Shown: positions 9,723-19,619 of the stretch, piece by piece
Position numbering within the stretch: the first letter of the stretch is position 1
How the letters are laid out: each line of letters opens with the position of its first letter
NCBI GenBank assembly: GCA_963667785.2
Contig: CAXXMU010000002.1
Location: 736,001-800,000, forward strand
DNA from: Alphaproteobacteria bacterium
GTDB lineage: Bacteria; Pseudomonadota; Alphaproteobacteria; UBA828
Direction of reading: 5' to 3'
Length of the DNA stretch: 64,000 bases
Translations under genes and position numbers: made by a program
Notes under the pieces: generated by a model
What the model was told of the DNA's origin: nothing
Seen by the model: the letters and a program-made list of their open reading frames with translations, nothing else
Databases searched by the model: none

Positions 9723-9766
9723 CACCCTTCTCGCCCCGCCCCTTCTCCCGAGGGGGAAGAGGGTGA
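9723..9766. repeat. REP-like hairpin/terminator downstream of E1 gene
   Basis: cacccttctcgccccgccccttctcccgagggggaagagggtga resembles the CCCTCTCCC...GGGAGAGGG REP-type hairpins of Alphaproteobacteria. Confidence 0.45.
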
Positions 9767-9772
9767 GTTGGG

Positions 9773-11968
9773 CTACTCGGCGGCGTCGGGCAGCGGCGCG
9801 GCTTCGGTGACGGCGCGGAGGCCCGCGATCACGTCCTCCTGCTGGGCGAGCGCCGCCGTCTCCAGCACCTTGGAGACCACGGGCGCGGCCTGCGAGCCCG
9901 AGACCCTGAGGATCTCGTGGTCGAGCCAGTCGAAGAGCCGCTCCTGCGCCTCCTGGGCGATGCGCGCGCCGAGCGAGGGGCCGCGCGCGGTCTGCTCCAC
10001 GATCAGCAGACGGTTGGTGCGCCTGACGCTCGCGCCGATGGTCTCCCAGTCCATGCCGAGCGGGTCGAGGGTGCGCAGGTCGATCACCTCGGCGTCGATA
10101 CCGGCGGCATCCGCGGCCGCCGTGCTCACCGGCACCATGTTGGCGCAGGTCACCAGGGTGCAGGCGCTGCCAGGGCGCACGATGCGCGCCTTGCCGAAGG
10201 GGATGCAGTAGTCGAGGTCGTCGGGCACCGGGCCCGTCTCCTGATAGAGCGCCTGGCACTCGATGATCGCCACCGGATCGTTGCAGCGGACGGCGCTGTT
10301 GAAGAGTCCGACATAGTCGAAGGGCGTGGTCGGCGCGACGATGCGCCAGCCCGGCCAGAGCGCGAAGACGCCCGACGGGTCCATCGAGTGCTGCGAGCCG
10401 TAGCCACCGCCGGCGGCGACGCGGGCGCGCAGGATGAGCGGGGCCGTATGGTCGCCGCCGAACATGTGGCGCACCTTGGCGGCCTGGTTGAAGAGCTGGT
10501 CCGCCGCCACCAGGCAGAAGTCGGCGTACATGATCTCGACGATCGGCCTGAGCCCGTTGACCGCCGCCCCCAGCCCCATGCCGCAAAAACCGTTCTCGGC
10601 GATGGGCGTGCCGATGAGGCGCTCGGGAAAGGCCTCGGCGATCCCCTTGGTGGCGCCGACCGTGCCGCCCTTCAGCCGGTGCACGTCTTCGCCCAGCACG
10701 ATCACGCTCTCGTCCCGCTCCATCGCGTGGAACTGGGCGGCGGCGATGGATTCGATGTAGGTCATCTCGCGAGCAGCGGCGGGATCGACCTCCTCCGGCG
10801 CCATGGCGCGCACGCCGTCGAGCTCCGAGAGATCGCCGCGGATGCCGTGGTCGACCGCCGCAGCGTCGGGCCAGAGCGCCGGCACCACGCGCAGCCGGTT
10901 GGAGCCGGGCTCGGTCTCGGTCAATGCCTGCGCGGCCTTCTCCACGGCCTCGCCCGCCCGCCCCTCCAGCCGGGCGACGGCGGCCTCGCCCAGGATGCCG
11001 AGTTCCACCAGGCGCTTCGGCATGGTCGTCACCGGGTCGCGGGCGTGCCAGGCTTCCTCCTCGTCCTTCTCGCGGTAGCCGAAGGCGCTGCCCTTCATCG
11101 GCCCGTGCTGGTGGAAGTAGCGGTAGGTGAGGGACTCGATCAGCACCGGCCCGTTGCCCGCCTCGATCTCGGACCTCGCCCACTGCATCGCCTTGCGCAC
11201 CGCCATCACGTCCATGCCGTCGACCTCGACCGAGGGCACCGCGACCCCTTGCCCCCGCGCGCTGAGCCGCGTCTCGCGCGTGGTCTCGGAGACGTGGGTG
11301 GAGACGCCGTAGAGGTTGTTCTCGACGAAGAAGACGATGGGCAGGTCGTAGAGAGCGGCCATGTTGAGGGATTCGTAGGCCGCGCCGTTCTGCATCGCGC
11401 CGTCGCCGAAGAAGGTGACGGTGAGGTTGCCGCTCTTCCTCAGCTTCTCTGCAAGCGCGTAGCCCACCGCCTGCGGCGGGTTGCCGCCGACGATGGCGTT
11501 GGTGCCGAGCACGCCGGCCTCGTCCCAGCGCATGTGCATGGAGCCGCCGCGCCCGCCGCAGTAGCCCGGCGTGAGCCCCATGATCTCGGCCATCGAGCGG
11601 TGCACCACCTCCTGCATCGGCTCGGGCCAGTCGCTGCTGAGCGGGTCGTAGCCGAGCGGCACCGCGTGGTTGAGGAACTTGGCGAGGAACTGGTGGTGGG
11701 CGCGGTGGGTGGCGTTGATCTTGTCGTCATCGGTCAGCGTCGACATGGCGCCGACCGCGCCGCCCTCCTGGCCGATGCTGGCGTGCGCCGGCCCGTGCAC
11801 GCAGCCCGCCTTGAAGAGCGCGAGGATGCGCTCCTCGAAGCGGCGGACGAGGAGGAGCTGCTCGAGCAGATAGGCCAGGATGCGCGGATCCTCGTCCCGC
11901 CAGTCGGCCTCGTCGGCCACCAGCCGGTGCCACGGAGTCTCCGAGGTCAGCGGTTCCATCGTCGGCAT
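9773..11968 (-). CDS. TPP-dependent 2-oxoacid/acetoin dehydrogenase-like E1, fused alpha+beta
   Basis: HGPAHASIGQEG, GGRGGSMH, TPP motif GDGA...ENN (alpha); GEDV, TPIAENGF, DQLFNQAAK, GSQHS, EVIDLRTLDP (beta). Start MPTMEP at 11968 after a GGAGGG RBS. Confidence 0.88.
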   Translation of the reverse strand: MPTMEPLTSETPWHRLVADEADWRDEDPRILAYLLEQLLLVRRFEERILALFKAGCVHGPAHASIGQEGGAVGAMSTLTDDDKINATHRAHHQFLAKFLNHAVPLGYDPLSSDWPEPMQEVVHRSMAEIMGLTPGYCGGRGGSMHMRWDEAGVLGTNAIVGGNPPQAVGYALAEKLRKSGNLTVTFFGDGAMQNGAAYESLNMAALYDLPIVFFVENNLYGVSTHVSETTRETRLSARGQGVAVPSVEVDGMDVMAVRKAMQWARSEIEAGNGPVLIESLTYRYFHQHGPMKGSAFGYREKDEEEAWHARDPVTTMPKRLVELGILGEAAVARLEGRAGEAVEKAAQALTETEPGSNRLRVVPALWPDAAAVDHGIRGDLSELDGVRAMAPEEVDPAAAREMTYIESIAAAQFHAMERDESVIVLGEDVHRLKGGTVGATKGIAEAFPERLIGTPIAENGFCGMGLGAAVNGLRPIVEIMYADFCLVAADQLFNQAAKVRHMFGGDHTAPLILRARVAAGGGYGSQHSMDPSGVFALWPGWRIVAPTTPFDYVGLFNSAVRCNDPVAIIECQALYQETGPVPDDLDYCIPFGKARIVRPGSACTLVTCANMVPVSTAAADAAGIDAEVIDLRTLDPLGMDWETIGASVRRTNRLLIVEQTARGPSLGARIAQEAQERLFDWLDHEILRVSGSQAAPVVSKVLETAALAQQEDVIAGLRAVTEAAPLPDAAE

Positions 11969-12232
11969 GGCGCCCTCCCCTGCCCGCTCCGGCACGCGTC
12001 CGCTCGGCGGCGCCGGAAGCGCCCGGTTCTTATAGCAGAGATGGCATGGCCGGCGCGCCTCGGCAGCCGCAGCTAGGCTTCGGCCCTCCAGCGCGCGTTC
12101 CGCGTGACTCTTCTCTGCGCGTCCCGCGCGACGCGGGCCGTGACAGCGGTCGGACATCCGGGCTAGAACCGCGCGCACGCACCGGCGGCTTCGCCGGACG
12201 GGATGATGCGGCGGAGAGGCCGACGGCACGCG

Positions 12233-13102
12233 ATGATCTACGACGAGCCGCGTTTCAGGCCGGGCGGCGACCGCTTCATCGAGATGGAGCTCGGCGACGA
12301 GCTCAATTTCGATCTCAACTTCCTGGTGCATGCGCTGACCGCGCGGGTACGCGAGGCCCGGCTCGACGGCATCATCGAGCTGTTGCCCAACATGGCCTCC
12401 ATCGTCATCAGCTACGCGCCCGAGCGGATCGGCTACGACGACGTCGTGCGCGAGATCGGCGCGCTCTTCGCCTCCCTCGGCTCGCTTGAGGACGTGGAGC
12501 TGCCGAGCCCGCTCTACACCTTCCCCGTGCTCTACTTCGACCACCTCACCCGTGCCTGCTGGGAGGACTACTGCGCCCGCATCGGCGAGAAGGAGTACGA
12601 CCCCGACCTCATGGTGAGGCTCAATGCGCTGGAGAGCCGCGCGCAGCTCGCGCGCATCCATTCCGGCACGGAGTACTGGGTCGCGGCACTGGGCTTCTAC
12701 CCCGGCCTCGCCTCGCTGATCGCGCTGGATCCGCGCTGCCGCCTCACGGCGCCGAAGTACAACCCGCCGCGCACCTGGACGCCGAAGGGAACGCTCGGCT
12801 ACGGCGGCTCCGTCACCTGCCTCTATCCGGCCCGCACCCCCGGCGGCTACCAGATCATCGGCCACTCGCCGGTGCCGGTGTTCGACCTGGAGCAGCGGCT
12901 GCGCGCCTTCCGCGATCGCCTCGCCCTGCTCCGGCCGGGCGACCGCGTGCGCTTCGTGCCCGTGGGCCGGGAGGAATACGACCACGTGACGGCAGAGGTG
13001 GAGAGCGGCGCCTACGAGCACCAGGTCGCGGCCTACGCGAAGTTCTCGATCCGCGCCTACCACGAGTGGCTCGCGACCCTCGACATGAGCGTCAGGTTCT
13101 GA
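12233..13102 (+). CDS. Carboxyltransferase subdomain C/D protein (PxpB/allophanate hydrolase subunit 1, urea-carboxylase-like), copy 1
   Basis: RPGGDRFIEMELGD, YWVAALGFYPG, KYNPPRTWTP, PGGYQIIG, LLRPGDRVRF. Confidence 0.85.
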   Translation: MIYDEPRFRPGGDRFIEMELGDELNFDLNFLVHALTARVREARLDGIIELLPNMASIVISYAPERIGYDDVVREIGALFASLGSLEDVELPSPLYTFPVLYFDHLTRACWEDYCARIGEKEYDPDLMVRLNALESRAQLARIHSGTEYWVAALGFYPGLASLIALDPRCRLTAPKYNPPRTWTPKGTLGYGGSVTCLYPARTPGGYQIIGHSPVPVFDLEQRLRAFRDRLALLRPGDRVRFVPVGREEYDHVTAEVESGAYEHQVAAYAKFSIRAYHEWLATLDMSVRF

Positions 13103-14085
13103 TGATCGAAGTGGTCAAGGCCGGGCTCGAGACCGGCGTGCAGGATTTTCCCGGCCGCTACGGCTTCTGGGAGCAGGGCTTCCCGCCGTCGGGCCCCTTC
13201 GACATGTGGTCCTTCCGCCTTGCCAACCTGCTGGTGGGCAACGCGGACGACGCTGCGGGGCTGGAGATCCAGTTCCTCGGGCCGACGCTCCGCTTCGAGA
13301 GCGAGATGCTGATCGCGCTGACCGGTGCCACGATGGCGCCGACCCTCGACGGCGCGCCCATGCCCCAGTGGGAGAGCGTCGCCGTGCCCGCCGGAGCGGT
13401 GCTGGAGACCGGCTTCGCAAGCACCGGCGCCCGCGCCTACCTCGCCGTCGCCGGCGGCATCGACACGACCCCGGTGCTGGGCTCGCGCTCGACCTTTCAC
13501 ATGGCCGGAGTCGGCGGCATGGAGGGCCATGCGCTCAAGGACGGCCAGCGCCTGCCGCTGGGCGACGGGGCCGGGGCCGGCAGGCCGGGCCGGCGGGTCA
13601 GGGCCGACTGCCGGCCGCCGATCTCTGCGGGCAAGGAGTGGCGGATCGAGGTCGTCGCCGGCCCCAACGACGACTGGATCGACGAGGCGGGCCAGCGCAT
13701 GTTCCTGGAGAGCGCGTGGACGCTGCAGGCCCGCAGCAACCGCACCGGCTATCGCCTCTCCGGCCCGGAGTGGACCTTCGCCGCCCGCGCCACCGACAAG
13801 GGACCGGAGCACGGCGAGCATCCCTCCAACATCCTCGACCACGGCTATCCGGTGGGCGCGGTGAACCTCTGCGGCCAGACGCCGATCATCCTGGTCAACG
13901 ACGGGCCGTCGGCCGGCGGCTTCATCAACCCCTTCACGGTGCCGTCCGCCGCGTTCTGGAAGCTCGCCCAGTCCAAGCCCAACGACGTCTACCGCTTCGA
14001 TCTCGTCTCGGTCGCCGACGCGCAGGCCGAGCGGCGGCGGATCGACGCGCTCTGCAGCGAGACCAGCCTGGAGAACGCCGGGTGA
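13102..14085 (+). CDS. Carboxyltransferase subdomain A/B protein (PxpC/allophanate hydrolase subunit 2), copy 1
   Basis: VQDFPGRYG, PPSGPFD, ANLLVGN, GARAYLAVAGG, GSRST, SNRTGYRL; TGATG coupling. Confidence 0.87.
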   Translation: MIEVVKAGLETGVQDFPGRYGFWEQGFPPSGPFDMWSFRLANLLVGNADDAAGLEIQFLGPTLRFESEMLIALTGATMAPTLDGAPMPQWESVAVPAGAVLETGFASTGARAYLAVAGGIDTTPVLGSRSTFHMAGVGGMEGHALKDGQRLPLGDGAGAGRPGRRVRADCRPPISAGKEWRIEVVAGPNDDWIDEAGQRMFLESAWTLQARSNRTGYRLSGPEWTFAARATDKGPEHGEHPSNILDHGYPVGAVNLCGQTPIILVNDGPSAGGFINPFTVPSAAFWKLAQSKPNDVYRFDLVSVADAQAERRRIDALCSETSLENAG

Positions 14086-14951
14086 TCTTCGACGAGCCGC
14101 GCTTCCTGCCCGGCGGCGATACCTTCGTGCTGGTGCAGTTCGGCGACGATGCGCGCATCGACCTCAACTTCATGGCGCTGGGGCTGACGGCGGCACTGCG
14201 CGAGGACCGCACGAAGGGCGTGATCGATACCAACCCCTCCTACAATTCGGTGGTGGTGGAGTACGACCCGGACCTGATCGGCGCGGACGACCTGGAGCGG
14301 GAGCTCCGTCGTCTCATCGAGGGGCTCGGCCCGGTCGAGGACCTGGAGCTGGAGAGCCGCCTCGCCTACCTCCCCGTCATGTACCGCGACCCGTGGACGA
14401 AGGCCTGTGTCGAGGACTACGCCGAGCGCATCGCGCCGCGCGAAGACGACCCGGAATTCGTGGCCCGAATCAACGGGCTGGAGGACGCGGCTCAGCTCGT
14501 GCGCGTGCATTCGGGAACCGAGCACTGGGTCGTCGCGGTGTGCTCCACGCCGGGGCTGCCGCTGATGGTGGCGCTCGATCCGCGCTGCGCCATCACCTCG
14601 CCCAAGTACAACCCGCCGCGCACCTGGACGACGCTCGGCGCCATCGGCGTCGGTGGTCTCTCCACCTCGATCTACACGACGCCCGGGCCGGGCGGCTACA
14701 ACCTGATCGGCCGCACGCCGGTGCCGCTCTGGGACACGCAGGCGAGGCTGCCGGCCTACCGCGACCGGGTGGTGCTGCTGGATGCCGCCGACAGGGTCAA
14801 GTTCGTGCCCGTCGAGCGCGAAGAGTTCGACTACATCGAGAGCCGCGTGGCCGCCGGCACCTACACCTTCAACGTGACCGGCTACCAGCGTTTCTCCGTC
14901 CGTGCCTACAAGGCATGGGCCGCCTCCCTCGATGCGAGCGAGCGGTTCTGA
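14082..14951 (+). CDS. PxpB-like carboxyltransferase C/D protein, copy 2
   Basis: GTG start overlapping the previous stop; VIFDEPRFLPGGD, KYNPPRTWT, PGGYNLIGRTP; paralogue of 12233..13102. Confidence 0.85.
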   Translation: MIFDEPRFLPGGDTFVLVQFGDDARIDLNFMALGLTAALREDRTKGVIDTNPSYNSVVVEYDPDLIGADDLERELRRLIEGLGPVEDLELESRLAYLPVMYRDPWTKACVEDYAERIAPREDDPEFVARINGLEDAAQLVRVHSGTEHWVVAVCSTPGLPLMVALDPRCAITSPKYNPPRTWTTLGAIGVGGLSTSIYTTPGPGGYNLIGRTPVPLWDTQARLPAYRDRVVLLDAADRVKFVPVEREEFDYIESRVAAGTYTFNVTGYQRFSVRAYKAWAASLDASERF

Positions 14952-14954
14952 GAC

Positions 14955-15956
14955 ATGGGATTCACGGTCGTCAAGGGCGGTCTCGAGACTACGGTGCAGG
15001 ACTATCCGGGCCGAAAGGGCGCCTTCGGCATGGGCTTCCCACCGTCCGGGCCCATCGACCACTGGTCCTTCCGCCTCGCCAACGTCCTGGTCGGCAATTC
15101 GCCGGGCGCGGCGGCGCTGGAATGTGCCTTCATCGGGCCGGTGCTGCGCGCAGACCGGGACGCGGTAATCGCGCTCACCGGCGCCGACATGAAGGCCACC
15201 CTCGACGGCGCGCCCGTGCCGCTCTGGGAGAGTGTCGCCGTGCATGCCGGGCAGACGCTGGCGCTGGGCTCCGCCGTCACCGGCGCGCGCACCTACATCG
15301 CCTTCGCCGGCGGCATCGAGGTGGCTCCCTTCCTCGGCTCGCGCGCGACCTTCGTCATCGGCGCCTGCGGCGGCCTCGAAGGCGCCGCGCTGAAGGAGGG
15401 ACAGTCCATCCCTCTGGAGCCCACCGGCGCAGCAACGCCCGGCCGCAGGCTGAGGGAGGGTGCCCGCCCGCCCGCGCCCGCCGGCGGCGCCTGGGAGATC
15501 GAGGTCGTCGCCGGTCCCAACGACGACTGGATCGACGAGGCCGGCAAGCGGCGCTTCCTGACGAGCGACTGGCGGCTTTCGTCCAAGAGCAATCGCGTCG
15601 GCTTCCGCCTCGACGGGCCGGACTGGACCTTCACCGCGAAGGCGACCGACAAGGCACCGGCGAACGGCGAGCACCCCTCCAACGTGATCGACCACGGCTA
15701 CCCCATCGGCGCCATCAACCTCTGCGGCCAGACCCCCATCATCCTGATGGTGGACACCCTCACCCTCGGCGGCTTCATCAACCCCTACACGGTGCCGACC
15801 TGCGCCTGGTGGAAGCTCGGCCAGTCGCGACCCAACGAGATATACCGCTTCCGCGAGGTCACGGTGGCGGCCGCGCAGGCCGAGCGCCGCCGCATCGCCA
15901 CGCTGTGCACCGAGGACTCCCTGGCACCCGGGGAGCAGGACGGCGGCCGGGCATGA
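14955..15956 (+). CDS. PxpC-like carboxyltransferase A/B protein, copy 2
   Basis: TTVQDYPGR, PPSGPID, GARTYIAFAGG, SNRVGFRL; paralogue of 13102..14085. Confidence 0.87.
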   Translation: MGFTVVKGGLETTVQDYPGRKGAFGMGFPPSGPIDHWSFRLANVLVGNSPGAAALECAFIGPVLRADRDAVIALTGADMKATLDGAPVPLWESVAVHAGQTLALGSAVTGARTYIAFAGGIEVAPFLGSRATFVIGACGGLEGAALKEGQSIPLEPTGAATPGRRLREGARPPAPAGGAWEIEVVAGPNDDWIDEAGKRRFLTSDWRLSSKSNRVGFRLDGPDWTFTAKATDKAPANGEHPSNVIDHGYPIGAINLCGQTPIILMVDTLTLGGFINPYTVPTCAWWKLGQSRPNEIYRFREVTVAAAQAERRRIATLCTEDSLAPGEQDGGRA

Positions 15957-17116
15957 GGATCGTCGAGATCCGCGATGTTGCTGTGCCCATGGGCGCGCCG
16001 ATGCGGAACGCCGTGATCGACTTCAGCCGGATGACCGTGAGCGCGGTCGCCGTGATCACGGACGTGGTGCGCGGCGGCCGGCCCGTGGTGGGCTTCGGCT
16101 TCAACGCCAACGGCCGTTACGCCCAGAGCGCGCTCATCCGCGAGCGGCTCGCCCCGCGCGTGCTGGAGGCGCCGGAGGAGCACGCGAGCGCGGACGGCTC
16201 CACCCTCGATGCGCGCACCATTCGCCGCCTGATGATGCGGAACGAGAAGCCCGGCGGCCACGGCGAGCGCGCGGTCGCGGTAGCGGCGCTCGACATCGCG
16301 GTCTGGGATGCCGCCGCCAAGATCGCCGACATGCCGCTCTGGGCGATGATCGCGGACGCGGCCGGCACGCGCGCGCCGGAGCGGCGCATCCCCGTCTACG
16401 CCGCCGGCGGCTACTACGACCCCGACAAGGGCACGAAAGGCCTCGTCGCCGAGATGCGGCGCTATCTCGATCAGGGCTACACCCAGGTGAAGATGAAGAT
16501 CGGCGGCGCCACCCTCGACGAAGACCGCGCCAGGATCGAGGCGGTGCTGGCGCTGCTGGGCGGCGACGGCGCCCGGCTCGCGGTGGACGCGAACGGTCGC
16601 TTCGACGCCGAGACCGCGCTCCGCTACGCCGACGCGCTCGTTCCCTACCGCCTCGCCTGGTACGAGGAGCCCGGCGATCCCCTCGACTTCTCCCTCAACG
16701 CGGCGGTGGCGGCGGCCTATCCCGGCGCGATCGCGACCGGCGAGAACCTGCTCTCGCTGCAGGACGCGCGCAACCTGCTCCGCTTCGGCGGAATGCGGCC
16801 GGAAACTGACTTCGTGCAGTTCGACCCGGCGCTCGCCTACGGCGTGGGCGAGACCATCGACATCGTCGCCATGATGGCGGCAGAGGGCTGGTCGCCCCGC
16901 CGCTTCCTCCCCCACGGTGGCAACCTGCTGGCGCTCGCCGCCGCCGGCGGCCTTGTACTCGGCGGCTGCGAATCCTATCCGGGCGTCTTCCAGCCCTTCG
17001 GCGGCTTCGCCGACGACACCCCGGTGGAGGATGGCCGGGTCAGCCTCGGCGATGCGCCCGGTGCCGGCTTCGAGCGCAAGGCCGCGCTCGCCGCACTGCT
17101 CGAGACCCTGCTCTGA
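15953..17116 (+). CDS. tarD: Mandelate racemase/MLE family enolase, D-tartrate dehydratase-like
   Basis: RNAVIDFS.MT, GFNANGRY, NEKPGGHGER, KMKIGG (KxK), VDANG, WYEE, TGEN, PHGG and ESYP match the TarD subgroup as I recall it; substrate is unverified. Confidence 0.75.
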   Translation: MRIVEIRDVAVPMGAPMRNAVIDFSRMTVSAVAVITDVVRGGRPVVGFGFNANGRYAQSALIRERLAPRVLEAPEEHASADGSTLDARTIRRLMMRNEKPGGHGERAVAVAALDIAVWDAAAKIADMPLWAMIADAAGTRAPERRIPVYAAGGYYDPDKGTKGLVAEMRRYLDQGYTQVKMKIGGATLDEDRARIEAVLALLGGDGARLAVDANGRFDAETALRYADALVPYRLAWYEEPGDPLDFSLNAAVAAAYPGAIATGENLLSLQDARNLLRFGGMRPETDFVQFDPALAYGVGETIDIVAMMAAEGWSPRRFLPHGGNLLALAAAGGLVLGGCESYPGVFQPFGGFADDTPVEDGRVSLGDAPGAGFERKAALAALLETLL

Positions 17117-17169
17117 ATTCCGGTCGGCACGCGGTCCCGGCGGCAGCCGGAGAGACGACGGGGCGGCCC

Positions 17170-18369
17170 ATGCCGAGCGCCGCCGAGTTCGTCCCGCTCG
17201 TCGCCCTGCTGATGGCGCTCGTCGCCCTCTCGATCGACGCCATGCTGCCGGCGCTGCCGGCCATCGGGCATGATCTCGGCGCGGCAGAGCGCAACGACGT
17301 GCAGCTCGTCGTGACCGCCCTCTTCCTCGGGCTCGGCTTCGGGCAGCTCCTCTTCGGCCCGCTTTCCGACGTCATCGGCCGCAAGCCCGCCATCTTCGCC
17401 GGCCTTGCGCTCTTCATGGCCGGCTGCGTCGTCTCGATCCTCGCACCCACCTTCGAATCCATGCTCGCCGGCCGCGTGCTCCAGGGCATCGGCGTCGCGG
17501 CGCCGCGCATCGTCTCGGTGGCGCTGGTGCGCGACCAGTACGAGGGCCGCCGGATGGCCCGCATCATGTCGTTCGCGATGGCGGTGTTCATCCTCGTGCC
17601 CACGCTCGCGCCAGCCATCGGCCAGGGTATCCAGGCGATCGCGGGCTGGCGCGCCATCTTCCTCACGCTCTTCGCCGCCGCCGCCATCGCCGGCATCTGG
17701 CTCATGCTGCGCCAGCCCGAGACGCTGCCGGCCGAGAGGCGCACGCGCCTCTCCCTCAGCGCGCTCGGACGATCGGCGATGGAGGTGCTGCGGGTCCGGC
17801 AGTCGATGGGATACACGCTTGCGCTCGGCTTCGCCTTTTCCCCCTTCGTCGCCTACCTGAGCACGGCCCAGCAGATCTTCCAGGACGCCTACGGCGTGGG
17901 CTCTCTCTTCCCCGCCTATTTCGGCGGGCTGGCGCTGGCGTTCGGCGTCACCGCGCTGGTGAACGGCCATCTCGTCATGCGCTACGGCATGGTCCGCCTC
18001 TCGAGTGTCGCGGCGGTCGGCGCCACCCTCGTCTCGCTGGCGTCGTGGGCGGGAACCTTCGCTTTCGACGGGCTGCTGCCGCTCTGGCTGTTCGTGGTCT
18101 CCCTGATGCTCGTCTTCGCGGCGGTCGGCCTTCTCTTCGGCAACCTGAACGCACTCGCGATGCAGCCTCTCGGCCACGTCGCGGGCGTGGGCGCGGCGCT
18201 CGTCTCGCTGCTGTCCACCCTCATCTCGGTGCCGCTCGGCGGGCTGATCGGCTACGCCTTCGACGGCACGCTCTACGTGCTGCTGGGCTCGTTCGCGCTC
18301 TTCGGCGCGGGGACCTTCGCCGCCATCCGCTGGGCAGCACGCGGCCGGGAGCCGGCGGGACACGCCTGA
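17170..18369 (+). CDS. Bcr/CflA family MFS efflux transporter
   Basis: ALSIDAMLPALP, GPLSDVIGRKP, RDQYEG, PETL; about 12 hydrophobic segments. Confidence 0.9.
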   Translation: MPSAAEFVPLVALLMALVALSIDAMLPALPAIGHDLGAAERNDVQLVVTALFLGLGFGQLLFGPLSDVIGRKPAIFAGLALFMAGCVVSILAPTFESMLAGRVLQGIGVAAPRIVSVALVRDQYEGRRMARIMSFAMAVFILVPTLAPAIGQGIQAIAGWRAIFLTLFAAAAIAGIWLMLRQPETLPAERRTRLSLSALGRSAMEVLRVRQSMGYTLALGFAFSPFVAYLSTAQQIFQDAYGVGSLFPAYFGGLALAFGVTALVNGHLVMRYGMVRLSSVAAVGATLVSLASWAGTFAFDGLLPLWLFVVSLMLVFAAVGLLFGNLNALAMQPLGHVAGVGAALVSLLSTLISVPLGGLIGYAFDGTLYVLLGSFALFGAGTFAAIRWAARGREPAGHA

Positions 18370-18472
18370 TTCGTCCATGCCGGCGCGCTTGTCGGAGCGG
18401 GCGGCGGGCGGGTAGAACCCTCGCAGCCGCCGGCACGGCGCGTGCCGGACGAGAGCGGGAGGTCACGGGCCA

Positions 18473-19399
18473 ATGAGCAAAGTCATCATCACCTGCGCGG
18501 TCACGGGGTCGATCCACACCCCCACCATGTCGCCGCACCTGCCGCTAACGCCAGACGAGATCGCGGCCGACGGCGTGGCCGCGGCTGAGGCCGGCGCCTC
18601 CATCCTCCACCTGCACGCGCGCGACCCCGAGGACGGGCGGCCGACACCGGACCCAGACGTCTTCATGGCCTTCCTGCCGCGCATCAAGCAGCAGTCCGAC
18701 GCGGTCATCAACATCACCACCGGCGGCGGGCTCGGCATGACGCTGGACGAGCGCCTCGCCGCGCCGCGCCGCGCGAGCCCGGAGATGACCTCGCTCAACA
18801 TGGGCTCCATGAACTTCGGCATCTACCCGATGCTGAACCGCTACAAGGAGTTCAAGTACGACTGGGAGAGGCCCCACCTGGAGGGCACGAAGGACTTTAT
18901 TTTCCGCAATACATTCAAGGATATCGAATACATTATGAAGGATCTAGGTGAAGGTCACGGCGTACGCTTCGAGTTCGAGTGCTACGACGTCGGCCACCTC
19001 TACAACCTGGCTCATTTCGTCGACAGGGGCCTGGTGAAGCCGCCGCTCTTCGTGCAGACCATCTTCGGTATCCTGGGCGGCATCGGCGCCGACCACGAGA
19101 ACCTGATGCACATGCGCCGCATCGCCAACAAGCTCTTCGGCGACGACTACCGCTGGTCGATCCTGGCCGCCGGCCGCCACCAGATGAGCTTCGTCACCAT
19201 GGGCGCGATGATGGGGGGCAACATCCGCGTCGGCCTGGAGGACAGCCTCTTCATCGGCAAGGGCGAGCTGGCGCCCTCCAATGCCGCCCAGGTCGCCAAG
19301 GCCAGGCGCATCGTCGAGGAGCTCTCCCTCGAGGTCGCGACGCCGACGGAGGCGCGCGAGATGCTGGGCCTCAAGGGCGGCGATCAGGTGAGTTTCTGA
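18473..19399 (+). CDS. Beta-keto acid cleavage enzyme (BKACE/Kce, DUF849) family
   Basis: IITCAVTG, ILHLHARD, NITTGG, SLNMGS, FECYD, NIRVGLEDSL. Confidence 0.92.
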   Translation: MSKVIITCAVTGSIHTPTMSPHLPLTPDEIAADGVAAAEAGASILHLHARDPEDGRPTPDPDVFMAFLPRIKQQSDAVINITTGGGLGMTLDERLAAPRRASPEMTSLNMGSMNFGIYPMLNRYKEFKYDWERPHLEGTKDFIFRNTFKDIEYIMKDLGEGHGVRFEFECYDVGHLYNLAHFVDRGLVKPPLFVQTIFGILGGIGADHENLMHMRRIANKLFGDDYRWSILAAGRHQMSFVTMGAMMGGNIRVGLEDSLFIGKGELAPSNAAQVAKARRIVEELSLEVATPTEAREMLGLKGGDQVSF

Positions 19400-19619
19400 G
19401 GGAGCACATCCCCCCCTTAGACGCCAGATGTTCTCATCATGGTGGCCAACGCGAGATGACTGTCGTCAAGAGAACCGGGCCGCCAGGCGGCCCGGACGGC
19501 GCGACCGCACGTCGCACGTCCACGTGCGCAGGCGCACGATGCGCCGAAGGCGCGTAGCGTCGCGCGTCCACGCGCGCATGAGCGCGCGATGCGCCTGAGG
19601 GTTCTTGGTAGAGTCCCTC

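Noticed and set aside
9773-13063. Apparent long fusions in the ORF track (1096-aa E1, 907-aa enolase, 1039-aa HyuB, 717-aa TVP38)
   Set aside because: The N-terminal extensions overlap other real genes; true starts with RBS or stop-start coupling lie downstream.
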